The translations under genes and the position numbers were made by a program. The notes beneath the pieces are model-generated. The model saw nothing but the letters and a program-made list of their open reading frames with translations. It ran no database searches and was not told where the DNA came from. From NCBI RefSeq assembly GCF_009914755.1, contig NC_060929.1: DNA of 64,000 nucleotides; one strand, written 5' to 3'. This DNA comes from the human T2T-CHM13v2.0 reference genome, Homo sapiens. Positions 14,998-29,348 of the stretch are shown in pieces (position 1 is the first letter of the stretch; every line of letters starts with the position of its first letter).

Positions 14998-15945
14998 TTA
15001 ACTAAGCCTGTGAAAGAGGCTGTTTGAAGCACGGGGCCAGGCTAAGGTCTGCTTGAGAGGGTTCCAGGAGCCAAGGCTTGGGCCCAGAGAGGAGTGGCAG
15101 GAGGAGGCTGCCTTTGAGGCTGAGCCGCTGACCACACACCCTGAGTGATGGGCTCCTGAGACCTTAGGTGTGTGTGCCCCAGGGAGGACACTGAAGTTAG
15201 GTCTTCTCTAGAGCTTTCAAGTCTGGACTTTTTCCTGCTGCGGTTTCCCCCCTCTGCCCACATAGATCCCAGGGTTATTGGACCTCCATGACTTATGTTT
15301 TGAGTGGGTCTTGACACTGCTGAGCTCCTCAGATCCACCCTTTCCCTCAGCAATGAGATGATCAGGTGATTTTGCTGCTGCTTTTTCCCCACTGGATTCA
15401 CCATCTCTCTCTGGGCTGTCAGGAGCAGGCAGTGAGTTTTGGCAAGATTAAGACCTCAGCAGCCCACAGAGGAATGTCTGTCAACTGTCTGGATAGGAAA
15501 ATTCACCAAACCTTAGGCTATGGTGGCAACCGTGTGGCATCATGTTCTGGAGCACACAGCACTTGGTGGCAGCACACTATTCTCAGAGGGTAGAAGGGAT
15601 GAGTTTTTAATACATCATGACCATTATTTGGTCTGTGAGAAAGACCATCTGCCAGGATCCATTTCCTAGGTGGAGGGAGGGAGAAGGATGCTATGTAGCA
15701 GGCAAGTTTCACAGATGTATTTCCTCGGCCATTAACTTAGAGTCTGGGTTCAAAAATTAGATATCACCCTGTGAGCCTCCCAGTATGTGAGTGGCCATTA
15801 TGATATATGAATAAATCTAAACCTCTCATGGTAGAAACTTCTTTGATTGACTTTTATACATTTTTTGGCAGAAGCTTCTTTAAGTGCTTTTCAGACTTTT
15901 TTTTCATTAAGATGGAAAAGAATTTTAGATTATCTAGCGGCAATG

Positions 15946-16001
15946 GTGTGTATGCGTGTGTATGTGTGTGTGTGTACGTGTGTGTGTGTGTGTGTGTGTG
16001 T
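15946..16001. repeat. (TG)n microsatellite
   Basis: Directly visible. Confidence 0.95.
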
Positions 16002-16174
16002 AGAGTTTTTGATCTTGATATTGAAAGAGTGACAGTCCTGTAGTCTTTCAGGGGCAGTGGTTGGGAGGAAGGCTTGTAAATAGGCAGACTTCTAGTTTAT
16101 TTCTTACCAAACTGTCTGTACAAAGACCCAGTACAATATGAACATTCGTATCAGCACCCAAAACTAGACAACCC

Positions 16175-16542
16175 ATGTTAGTCCATTCGGGCTGCTGTAA
16201 CATAAATACCAAACAAAATACTGGATGGCTTTATAAACAACAGAAATTTATTTCTCACAGTCTTGGAGGCTGGGAAGTCCAAGGTCAAGGTGCCAGCAGA
16301 TTCAGTGTCTGACTAGGGTTTGTTTCCTAATTCGTAGAGGATGCCTTCTCACTGGGTCTTCACCTGGTGGAAGGGGCAAGGGGCTTCCTGGGCCTCTTTT
16401 ATAAAGGTGCTAATCCATTCATGATGGCTCTGTCCTCATGACCTAATGACCTCCCAAAGGCCACACCTCCTAATACGATCACTTTGTGGGTTAGGATTTC
16501 AACATGAATTTTGAGGAGAGATAAGTAATCAGTTCACTACAC
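16175..16542 (-). mobile_element. MLT1A-type MaLR solo LTR
   Basis: ttagtccattcgggctgctgtaac...aaacaacagaaatttatttctcacagt...ggatttcaacatgaattttgagg. Confidence 0.88.
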
Positions 16543-17286
16543 AACCCAATGACAGAATCTGGAAGGGACTCGCTGTAATTTTAAGGCAAATGGGATTGGG
16601 CTAGGAAAAATCTACTAAAGCTTTAGGTTTTTTTTTCCAAAGCAGACTGAAAAAAAAAAAGTCAAGAGATATTGCATGTCTTCCTACAATTTGTCCTCTC
16701 ACTAAAAGAACAGGTCCTATGTAAATTGAAAATGATCAGTTTTACCTTTTGGGTACCCCTCTTTGAGGCTGGAAAAAATTTTTTTTCCCTCCCAGGTGCC
16801 TCCCTTACCATCTTTCTACATATAGACAGAGACTAAAAAAAAAAATCTCAAAATCATTTGAGCATATGTGTGAGTGCATGTGTGTGAGAGAGCATGAACA
16901 TGTAGGTACAATAGCACTATATATTCTGGGAGATGTAGTCTCCATGAATAAAGCACTAGGTTGGGAGCAGAGACATGAAGACATTGGCAGAATTCCAGTC
17001 TCTCATGAACTCTGTTAGTTCAAGTATAAGGGAACAAGGAAGAAGATGTATGTAGATACCTCCGCAGTCAGTCAAAGGATTATTAATGAAAACTTTCACG
17101 GAACTGAGAATTAGCCTGAGAAACTGGCATATTACACTGTCTTTTGACAAACTCTGTTTAGAGAGATGCTTCATTCAAGGAAGACAGAATGATAACATGG
17201 GGCACATAAAAATATTGTGGTGAGCAAAGGAAAGGATATAATATCTGGGCAATTCAGAGGAAAATCATACCTTTCAAATTGTCACA

Positions 17287-18810
<1,524 letters not shown>

Positions 18811-18990
18811 GAGGAAATAAGCATCATCCCAGAGCCTCATTATACCCTTAATTAGAATGTTCCATTTAGGAATTTATGGAATCTTTTCTCTGCATATCAT
18901 TAAGAAAATACTAGAACAACTATTCTTAGAATGGATTATGTAAGATTTCTTATAGGCAATGGTTATTCTGAGGTTTCTAAATATATCTTC

Positions 18991-19289
<299 letters not shown>

Positions 19290-19364
19290 TAAATAGATCT
19301 TCTAACTTTATGAGGAGGCAGAGTTGCCCCCTCCCCCAATTAAAAAATTATTTCTTTCAATGTG

Positions 19365-19530
19365 AAAGCAAAATAAAAAACAAAATTTAATTTCCTAAAT
19401 AAGCAAGAAAAAAACCAAAAAAACCCAAAAAAAACCCCAAACAATAAAACAAAATAAAACACCCAATTAAAAAAAAAACCACACACACAACAAACTGAAA
19501 CAAAATAAGATACCACCACCACCACCAATA
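19365..19530. repeat. A-rich (CAAAA-like) low-complexity tract
   Basis: Directly visible. Confidence 0.8.
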
Positions 19531-22500
19531 TCTTTGTGATCTGGCACAGTGCAAGAACATTTTCCAATCCACACCCTGTCCAAGTCTCCAGTATGTCATC
19601 ATCCCACCACTCTCTGATTATTTCACTCATTTAAATGACCTGTGTGGCTCTGTGCATTTGAGTTTGCAATCCTTGATAAAGGCTAAGAGTTGAAGAACTT
19701 AGATTCTTATTATCTTCTTTTGGGTTAACAGCTATTATGCAGGAGTTTGCACTCACTGAGCCTGCTGGTGGCAGGGCTGGGGCAATCACCCCAGGTGCAA
19801 AATAAGTTCAGTCGAAGTCTGTATTGGGAAGGCTGCAGCAGGGCTCTGTCAAAATTCTGAGGAAGGATCACTGTCCAATCTTGACTGTGAGAAGAGTTAA
19901 CTACGTCTTCCTAAAGCAAAATAGAGAAATGGAAAAATGATTAAGGAATGATTGATAGTAGTTGTAGATTTATTAGAATAGTTTAAATAAGATTTCTTAT
20001 AGGCCATGGCATTCTAAGTTTCTAAATATATTTTCTAGGTCTACTTCATTCCTAAGTGTTTTGCATTCATTCATTTATACTCATCTCATTCAAAAAGGAT
20101 TTGAGGCAGTTGGTAAGGTTGTGGCATATTAATAGATGGGGAATGGTCAGCCCCAGGGACAAGCAAAAGAGAAGTTTAAGATCAATAATAAGACTGGCTA
20201 AATGTCAGTCTGCTTTTTATTATCACGTGCACTGGCAATTCTAAACAATGTCAGTGATAAAATATTCCTCCTTGCCGAGATAGACCACTTCACTATTTGT
20301 TTTAAATACAGAGAATATTTGTATCTATTTAAAATAAGTGTTTGTATTTATTTTAAATTGCATTTCAAAATTGTGTATCATTTCATATAAATTGGAATAT
20401 AGTTTGTATCAATGCTTCATTTGTGATAAAACTTTATTTCCAGTAAAAAATATATGTGATATGCCTAAAGGATAACTGGTTGGATTTCTATAGAACCCAG
20501 CCCATGACTTGCTTAGATACATTAAGCTGTCTTTCTCTTCAGAGCACTGATCAACCATCACCACTAGCCTAGCCCCATTTGTGCAGTTTAAAGTTGAGGA
20601 ACTAGGAAAAAATAAGATTTTTGGCATGTGCTAGTGTTTCAAACCTGTATTTAAAAAATGTCAGGAAATATCACCCTAATTTCTCTCTTTAAAACAGTTG
20701 TCATGTATATCTAGTGATTAGCAGGACTGACGTTGTGCCACATTTAGACTCTTAGTAAACTATTTCTTGGATGAATCTTTTCCTAAAATCGTCCATTTCT
20801 ATAACTTATCTGTAACTTATATCCATATGCATTTAATCCACTTTAATTTATAACTCAGGCCATTCTAAGTATCTTCTCATTGGTTCTTCTTCATCAGATT
20901 AGGATGTTTATGCTCCCTTGTGGTAAGCAAATGTCACCTTCTTCTTCATGAAGTATTTGCTTAGTGTTTCATTTGTGCTCTCTCATTCCATGGGAGGAAG
21001 GGGAGGTCTGCAAACTGAAAACCTTTTCACTCTTTGGCTCTTTGGTGTCTTGCCACTTTTCAATTGTTAGGAAGCAGGCCCCGCACAGGCAGGTTAATGT
21101 CTTCACTTGACGTGGAAATATTAGCCATCTGCTTATGTGACTTTCTTAAGAAGGTGTTAGGCCCTTGACTGTTCTTTGAGAAAACTAAGATAAAGCAAGT
21201 GTATTTTAACAAAATATAGTGCTTTCTGCCCACCATTCTCTTCATTTTGAGTTATGGGCTCCAGTGATACCTTGTTCCTCAAGAAAATTACTCTCCATTA
21301 CTCAATTTTCAGATCTCTGTCTAAGTGGGTGTCTACCAATTCCTTTTGGCAGTGGTGTGTGCCTGACATGGTGGGATGGTGAGGAGAGACGCCTGTGCAG
21401 ATTGAAGATGTGGCTCCTGCCAGCTGTAAACCTGCAGAGGTGTATTCTTTTGCTGCAATTCGGTGTTCTTGTAAGTTGGTCTGTCACCATCAGGCTCATG
21501 AGGAAAGGGACCCAAGAGAAAACAGAAACCAGCCTGAGCCCTCGAGGGTCTTATGTGTGGCATAGTTTAGGCTAGTGTTACCGGGGGGGTGAAATTGTTT
21601 GCTATTGCCCAGACTCAGATGGCAAAGACAAGTGTGGCCCAGATTGAAAGGAGTGCAGGAGGGCTGTGGGCTGTGCCCAGGCTCATCCCTGACAATGCTG
21701 CCTGTTGGGTTTATCATACTGGCCACAGGTAAGGCATTTGGGCAGCTGAGCCCAGGTGTTAACCTGTAAGTTGCATAAATTGTTCAAAGGAGCTTTGGAA
21801 AGCATCAGACAAAAGTGTTGCAAGGAGAACAACACAACTGAGAAAGGAGATAGACAGGGCTACAATCTCCTGTTTTACAGACTTTCCTGTTCCCTTCCTT
21901 ACATTTTCAGAGGAAAAAAAGGCACAAAATGCAGTTGTTTTATAGCTTGCAGAGGAGTGACTTTGACAAGTTGTGGAAGGCCCACAGAGGACTGGCACTA
22001 GGGGATAGAAAGTCCTAATTGTTAGAAGGAGAAACAGGTCTAAAGGTTTTTAGACACCTCTTTAGGGGGTAATTATGACTATGACTTGGAATATCTAATA
22101 TGTTCTTGCAGATGTATTCAAATCCACAACAATTTTTCTTTGGTCATCTCTCCTTTCTTTATGCTCATGTCAGAGTCCTTGAAAACTTGGTTCCCTAGTG
22201 TTACCACATAGCCATATATTCAGGCAAATGGTCCAATAAGGGTTATATTAAGGTTATTTAACAACTGGCAGTGCAAACACCAACCAGTCAAATGGCACCC
22301 TAATGAATCAATACAGAGGCACACAAGTGGCACAGCTGTCTTAGTACATGCTGGCTGAGTGTCAGCCCTGGGATGACAAGGTGATCTGACCTTGGGAACT
22401 TCAGAATGTCTTCATGAGCTGTCCCACCTCACTGGAAAACAGGCTTGCTCGCTCTTTCTCTCCTTCACCATGTCTGTCTATTTCTCTCTCACACAAGAGA

Positions 22501-23359
22501 AATGAGATTTATCAGAACCAGATTAAGGGTCAGGCACACCAAGGCAACAATCTATAAAAAGCACTACAACATCACTGGAATAAAAGAGAAATATTATGCC
22601 AGTTAATTAGGGCTTCTTAAAAACCTGGTGAAGTATAAATTTCTCTCTTATTGAAATAAACGGTAACCTGTTTTGATTTCTATCTATTTTGATATGTGTT
22701 TCTGTGTGGGGCAAGATTCATGTGCAAATGCAGATTGCACCACCAACTCTGAGACCTGCCAGCTGATGATTGCCTGAAGTCTGGGTCAAGTTCAGCTGAG
22801 AAATTGGAAGTAAACAAACTATGGTGTATTGCTCTATCCTAGACTTTGTAACAGTGGTCATAGAATTTAGAGATTCTCAATAGTTTATTACTGGGACGTC
22901 ACAGGTGGGTACACATGTGCTACAAGATATTGTTCCTTTCAGCCCTCAAGGTGGTTGGGCAGGGCCTGCAGAGGCGGAGCTCCTGAGCAGCCTCATATGG
23001 GGCTCCTTGGAGGGCAGCCTGAGTGGAGCAGAGTCTGTGACTGCTCTGTGGTGCCCCTGGGTGACAAGTGTGATGAGCAACAGCCAGCACTTATGGCTCT
23101 AGGTTGATGTGTTGTGGGAGGTCATGGTGCTCTACCACTCAGAGACTACTTGAGCAGCTGCCTGCGGCAGAGTACATTGATGCTGCCTGTTGTGGACAAG
23201 GGTCCTGTGGAGCTATTGGAGAATTTGTGGTTTTGGTGTGTAAGGAGCGGATGGTTGGATGTGGGAGGGGTAGAGGTTGTATATGGTTCCTGTGGGCCCA
23301 GCTCCAGGTCCTGTTTCAGAGTTAGTCACTCTCTGTATGTATTTTAGTCTCTCTTTCTC

Positions 23360-23873
23360 TGTATTAGTTGTCTATTGCTGCTGTAACACATAACCATAAA
23401 TTTAGTGGCTTTTAAGAACATAGATTTACTATCATACAGTTCTAGAGGTCAGAGTCTGTAATGGGCTTCACTAGACCAAAATCAAGGTATTGGCCAGGTT
23501 GCATTCCTTCTGGAGGCTCTAGGGAAGAATCCGTTCCCTTTCCTTTTTTAGCTTTTAGAGGACACTTGTTGGCTCATGGCCCCTTCCTCCAGCATCAAAG
23601 CCAATAGCCCACCATCTTCAAGTCTCTCTCTGACTCTGCCCTCTGTTTTTGTTGTTGTATCTTCTCTGCCTGACTCTCCTGCCTACCACTTTTCCTTAGA
23701 AGGACCTTTGTAGTGATATTGGGTCTACACAGATAATCAGGATAATCTCCTCAGCTTGAGCTCCTTAATTTAATCACGTCCGTAGGGTCCCTTACCATGT
23801 GAAATAACATATTCACAGGTCTCCGGGACTGCAGCAGACATCTTTAGTGGGCTATTATTCCACCTCCTATACA
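23360..23873 (-). mobile_element. MLT1D-type MaLR solo LTR
   Basis: tgtattagttgtctattgctgctgtaac...ccttctggaggctctagggaagaatc...taatcaggataatctcc...ctattattccacctcctataca. Confidence 0.85.
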
Positions 23874-24482
23874 TATGATGGCTGCCCTTGTCTGATCTGC
23901 AGCTGATTCACCCTGAAGGATGACATTCATGCCCTCTGTTTGAGTGTTATCATTGTTTTGAAATACTTGACGTGAAAAAGTTTATTGGATTATAAATCTA
24001 TTCTCATCATTAAAAATATTTCATTATGATATTGGCCAATGGGGAAAAAAGAGTGGTTAGATTTCTAAAATACAATTTGAACCGTTATAAATTTTTCAAA
24101 AGTTATAAAAATGATTAAAACATTTGTATTATCATAATTATGAGAACAAAATTTCTCATTGATGTGACTCACAGACTTAAAGGATCATCATTAAAAACTC
24201 TTGATCACAAATTGTGTGCAGCCATTTCAGCTTTAAAATCTGGTATAAGAAAGTTACGGTTGTTACGTTCATGGAAGCAAACTTGAGTTTCTAATTCTAA
24301 TTTTAAAAAATGTAAAAATTGCTGGGAAAGTAATATTCAAATTAGATATTTAACATCTTTCTTAATATTTTATATTTAATTTTTTATCATTATAGCATAT
24401 AAAACAAAAAAAAGTCACGAGGTGTTTTACACCAAGCTCCAGAGAGATATACCCATACCTCCCCCAGATTACCTCAGTGTAC

Positions 24483-24700
24483 TCTACAAATATTATCATT
24501 TTCTATGTGTGGATAATGTGAAAAAAAAGTTGGAGAGAATGGATGTGAGTGAGGTCATCCTTTGTGACTGTATAGGACCAACTCATAGAGGTTTTTCTAC
24601 AAATATTATCATTTTCTATGTGTGGATAATGTGAAAAAAAGTTGGAGAGAATGGATGTGAGTGAGATTATCCTTTGTGACTGTGTAGGACCAACTCATAG
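24483..24700. repeat. Tandem duplication, 2 copies, period about 113 bp
   Basis: tctacaaatattatcattttctatgtgtgg...ggaccaactcatag occurs at 24483-24588 and 24596-24700 with few differences. Confidence 0.95.
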
Positions 24701-24960
24701 CTGTTTTAAAGAAAATACTACAAAATGATAGACAATTTCAATATAAGATTGATTGCTATGTTTAGAACACATGATAGATCCCTTATTTTGACCATAAAGA
24801 AAGAAGTCTATAGCTTTTATTCATAGACTGTTAGCCTTTCCTCATGCCTGCTAGGGAATGTTGAACAAATTCTTATCACGTGAAGGGGTTTCCAATTATT
24901 AGTCTTCTGTGGGTACCCCATGTTTTGGTCTTTCCAAATTATTTCTGAAAGTTTCCTTAG

Positions 24961-25237
<277 letters not shown>

Positions 25238-25311
25238 CATCTTTGATTGTAAAATAAATCTATAAATTTCAAAGAATTTGAGTCAAAATGCCTGAAGAAA
25301 TAAATATTTTA

Positions 25312-25705
<394 letters not shown>

Positions 25706-25789
25706 CTAATGTGCATGGAAATGGAGGCAGGGAAGTGGGTGCTGAAAGGCAGTTTCACACAGTCCTGGCCGCATAACATTGGACCTTGG

Positions 25790-26630
25790 GGCATGAACAG
25801 GCACTTCAAAAGAAGGCATACAAGCAGCCAACAGACACGTGAAAAAATGCTCAACTTCACTAATCATCAGAGAAATGAAGATAGCCACGGATACCATCTC
25901 ACACCAGTCAGAATGACTTTTATTAAAAAGTAAAACAAACAAACAAACAAAAACCCAAACAGATATTGGCAGGGATGCAGAGTAAAGAGGACGCTTACAC
26001 ACTGCTTGTGACAATGTAAATTAGTTCAGCCACTGTGGAGAACAATTTGGAGATTTCTTAAAGAACTAAGAGTTGAACTACCATTTGACCCAGCAATCCC
26101 ATTACTGGGTTTATATCCAAAAGAAAATAGATCTACCAAAAAGACATTTGCATTCACATGCTCATTGCAGCCCTATTCACAATAGCAAAGACATGGAATC
26201 AAGTCAAGCACCCATCAGTGGTGGATTGGATAAAGAAAATGTGTTACATATATACCGTGGAATATGATGCAGCCCTAAAAAAGAATGAAATCATGTCCTT
26301 TGCAGCAACATGGATAGAGCTGGAGGCCATTATCCTAAGTAAATTAACAAAGAAACAGAAAATCAAGCACTGCATGTTCTCACTTATAAGTGGGAGCTAA
26401 AAATTGGGTACACATTGACATAAAGATGGGAACAATAGACACGGGGGAATGTAAGTGTGGCAGGAGGGAAGGGATACATGGTTGAAAAACGACTTATTGG
26501 GTACTGTGTTCACTACCTGGATGACAGGTTCAATCGTACTCCAAACCTCAGCATCATAAAATGCACCAGGTAGCAAACCTGCACATGGACCCCCTGAATC
26601 TAAAATAAAAGTTTAAAAATAAAATAAAAT
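25790..26630 (+). mobile_element. 3' end of an older primate L1 (L1PA15-17/L1PB-like)
   Basis: ORF2 C-terminus IAALFTIAKTWNQ...MFSLISGS* (26158-26400), then a 3'UTR ending ctaaaataaaagtt plus an A-rich tail. Confidence 0.92.
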
Positions 26631-26689
26631 ATCTTTGTAAAACAAAAAAGAACAAACCTTGGTCCTGGAACACTTCCCTACCAAAAGAT

Positions 26690-27202
26690 AAAGAGCTACA
26701 CGGCCTGCGCTGGGTGTATTGGCTTGTGTGGAAATATCTTTCCCTGTTGCAAGCCCAATGTATGCTCCTTTGTCCTGCTTAGGCAGGTGCATCACATGGC
26801 ACTGGGCCAACCCCACAGCTGTATGTTTCCTCCACAGGGAGGGGACTAGGTCCGTATACTGTGGCAGGGGTACACATAGCCAATTGCTCTGTGTGGGCTG
26901 TCAGGAGAGATCCACTGGCCATGGGATACTGGCACACATTGCTGAAGCAGCTCTTGCCATATCTCTTCTCCGTGTAAGTAAAGTGTTGTTCCATCCAGTG
27001 CTTGACTGCGTCCTGTTTTCCTTGGCGACTCCAGCACCATAATGCAATGGGCAAAGTATTAGGACTTCTCTTCCTGGTGGTTGGCATAGTGGTCGTCTTT
27101 GCTATTCTCTTGGTCTTAGAAATCCTGCCTTGGGGTTGGTAACCAGTGCGTGGGATTCCTCTCCCCTGGGACTGATAACGGTGAACGACATTCTGCTTAA
27201 CA
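26690..27202 (+). mobile_element. ERVL-type solo LTR (MER73/MER74-like)
   Basis: agtaaagtgttgttccatccagtg poly(A)-signal region and terminal ...ttctgcttaaca. The family name is tentative. Confidence 0.5.
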
Positions 27203-27649
27203 TGGGGCACAGTGAGAGCCTCTTTGCTCCCCAGGGAACCCTTGGAAGGAGAGGCTGAGAGCAGCTTCGGCAGCACCACATGAGGATAGGTTGTAGGGAA
27301 GGAAGGCAGGAGTTTCTTGGGCAACCTGTGGCCTTCGTCTGTTCCGGGCATCTGTCCTCAGGTTGGCCTCTTCCCAAGCCTACCTCTCTCTGCCAGCCCT
27401 GTCATTCTCCACCTCCAGGATCGAGAAGCTGGTGGTCCACACAGAGCTTCTGGCCCCATTTCATCCTGTAGATGTGAAGACAAAATTCTGTCCAAGTAGT
27501 CTTTCCCTGCTGAAGTTAATGCAAATTTGTTCTCTGCTCTCAATACCTTTTATTCACTGCCTGATGTTGTACCACCTCCCACCCCAGGTCAATGGTTCTG
27601 ATACCTCTGTTTATGACATAGGGTGACATGCATAATAACTGTACCTCTT

Positions 27650-27775
27650 TCATTCCCCTCTTCTGATTCAGAAGGTCAGAATCCCCAAGCAGGGGTCACT
27701 TTAGTACTTGGTATATATTGATAGTAAGTGCTCAACAAATACCTGTTGAATGAGTGAATGTATAATGAATGAAAA
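27650..27775 (+). mobile_element. L2 3' end fragment
   Basis: atagtaagtgctcaacaaatacctgttgaatgagtgaatg. Confidence 0.7.
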
Positions 27776-28076
27776 AGTGATTTTTATGGAACAGATTAGA
27801 TTGCATACTAAATGTTTTAGGGAAAATTATCAGGAACAGGAATTTACCAAGGGCAAAATCCTTAGGTCCCGTTTTTCTGATGTGCCCTTTTAAGCTTATA
27901 TTCCTAGAAGTTAATTATTTATTGAAAAAGTAGTTTATACTCATTACATCTATTTTTTAAAGTTACAGAAAAGTATAAAGAATAAAATAAGAACTGTTTA
28001 TAATCTCTTGTCTTGGAGATATCACTCCTAGCATTGCTGTATATTTTTCTAGACTTTTTTTCTAGTCACATATGCG

Positions 28077-28079
<3 letters not shown>

Positions 28080-28107
<28 letters not shown>

Positions 28108-28112
28108 CTGTC
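28080..28112. repeat. (TG)n microsatellite
   Basis: Directly visible. Confidence 0.9.
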
Positions 28113-28119
28113 TGTCCCC

Positions 28120-28524
28120 GTGTCACAATAAAGAAATACCTCAGGATGGGTAATTTATAAAGAAAAAAGGTTTAATTGGTTCACAATTCTGCAGGCCATA
28201 CAGGAAGGATGACGCTGGCATCTGTTTGGGTTCTGGTGAGGCCTCAGGAAGCTTTTACTCACGGCAGAAGGCGACAGGGAGCAATGTCGCATGGTGAGAG
28301 TGGGAGCAAGAGAGAGAGCAGGGGAAGGTCCCAGACTCTTTTAAACAACCAAATCTCATGTGAACTAACTGTGCCAGAGCTCACTCATCACCAGGGGGAT
28401 GGTGCTAACCATTCATGAAGGATCTGCCCCCATGATCCAATCACCTCCCACCAGTCCCCAGCTCCAACATTGGGAATCACATTTCAACATGAGATTTGGA
28501 GGGACAAACATCCAAACCATTTCA
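28120..28524 (-). mobile_element. MSTA/MSTB MaLR solo LTR
   Basis: ataaagaaatacct...gggtaatttataaagaaaaaaggtttaattgg...catgagatttggagggacaaacatccaaaccatttca. Confidence 0.9.
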
Positions 28525-29069
28525 ATATATAGTATATATGCCTTTTACAAAAATAAAACTCTGTGATGTTGCTTTATAAGATGTACAAATCTTATGTTTT
28601 GTACATGTTTTTAGCAGTACAAATAAAAGTGTATTTAAATGTTATATTAATGTAGATCAACCATCATCCTTCCTATATATTTAGAGTTTATGTATGTATT
28701 CACATACGTGTGTGTGTTTGTGTATATATACACATGTATGCGTGTGTATATATAAATATATATGTATATATGTATGTATATGAAGAATCTTATACGTCAA
28801 GATCCCACAACTCTGGCCTCTGGCCAGGCTTCCTTGAGGCATGGGAGTGAGATAGGCTGGGGCATATCTTGGCCTCCCTCCTGTATGGGCCCTTGAGTGG
28901 GTTAGTCACTTAACTTGTAGATTGCCAGTTTTTACCTTGCACGTTTTGTCTGCCTTGTAGGACTATTGTAAATTTAAAGGAGATGAGATGCTTTCTACAT
29001 CTCACTTACAACTCCAGATGCCAATAATGATCATCCAATAATTAAATGTTAATATCCTTCTCCTTTAAA

Positions 29070-29348
29070 CTTTTCTTTTCTTTTTGAGACAGGGTCTTGC
29101 TCTGTTACCCAGGCTGGAATGCAGTGGTGTGATCCTGGCTTACTGCAGCTTTGACTTTCCAGGGTCAAGGATCCTCCCATCTCAGCCTCCAGAGTAGCTG
29201 AGACTACAGGCTCACATCACCAGGCTTGGCTAATTTTTGTATTTTTTGTGGAGACAAGGTTTCACCATGTTGCCCTGGCTGGTCTTGAACTCCTGAGCTC
29301 AAGCGATCTGCCCACCTTGGCCTCCCAAAATGCTGGGATTATAGGTGT
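29070..29348 (-). mobile_element. AluJ SINE, slightly 5'-truncated
   Basis: Antisense Alu ending ...gggattataggtgt, flanked by taaactttt / taaactctt. Confidence 0.9.

Noticed and set aside
22510-24420. Possible hAT-Tip100-like DNA transposon remnants flanking the MLT1D
   Set aside because: The resemblance is vague, and I could not establish TIRs, a TSD or a family from the sequence alone.
26779-27351. Longest ORF in the window (190 aa, minus strand)
   Set aside because: It largely overlaps an LTR-like repeat, has no domain-like composition and lacks supporting splice or promoter context.
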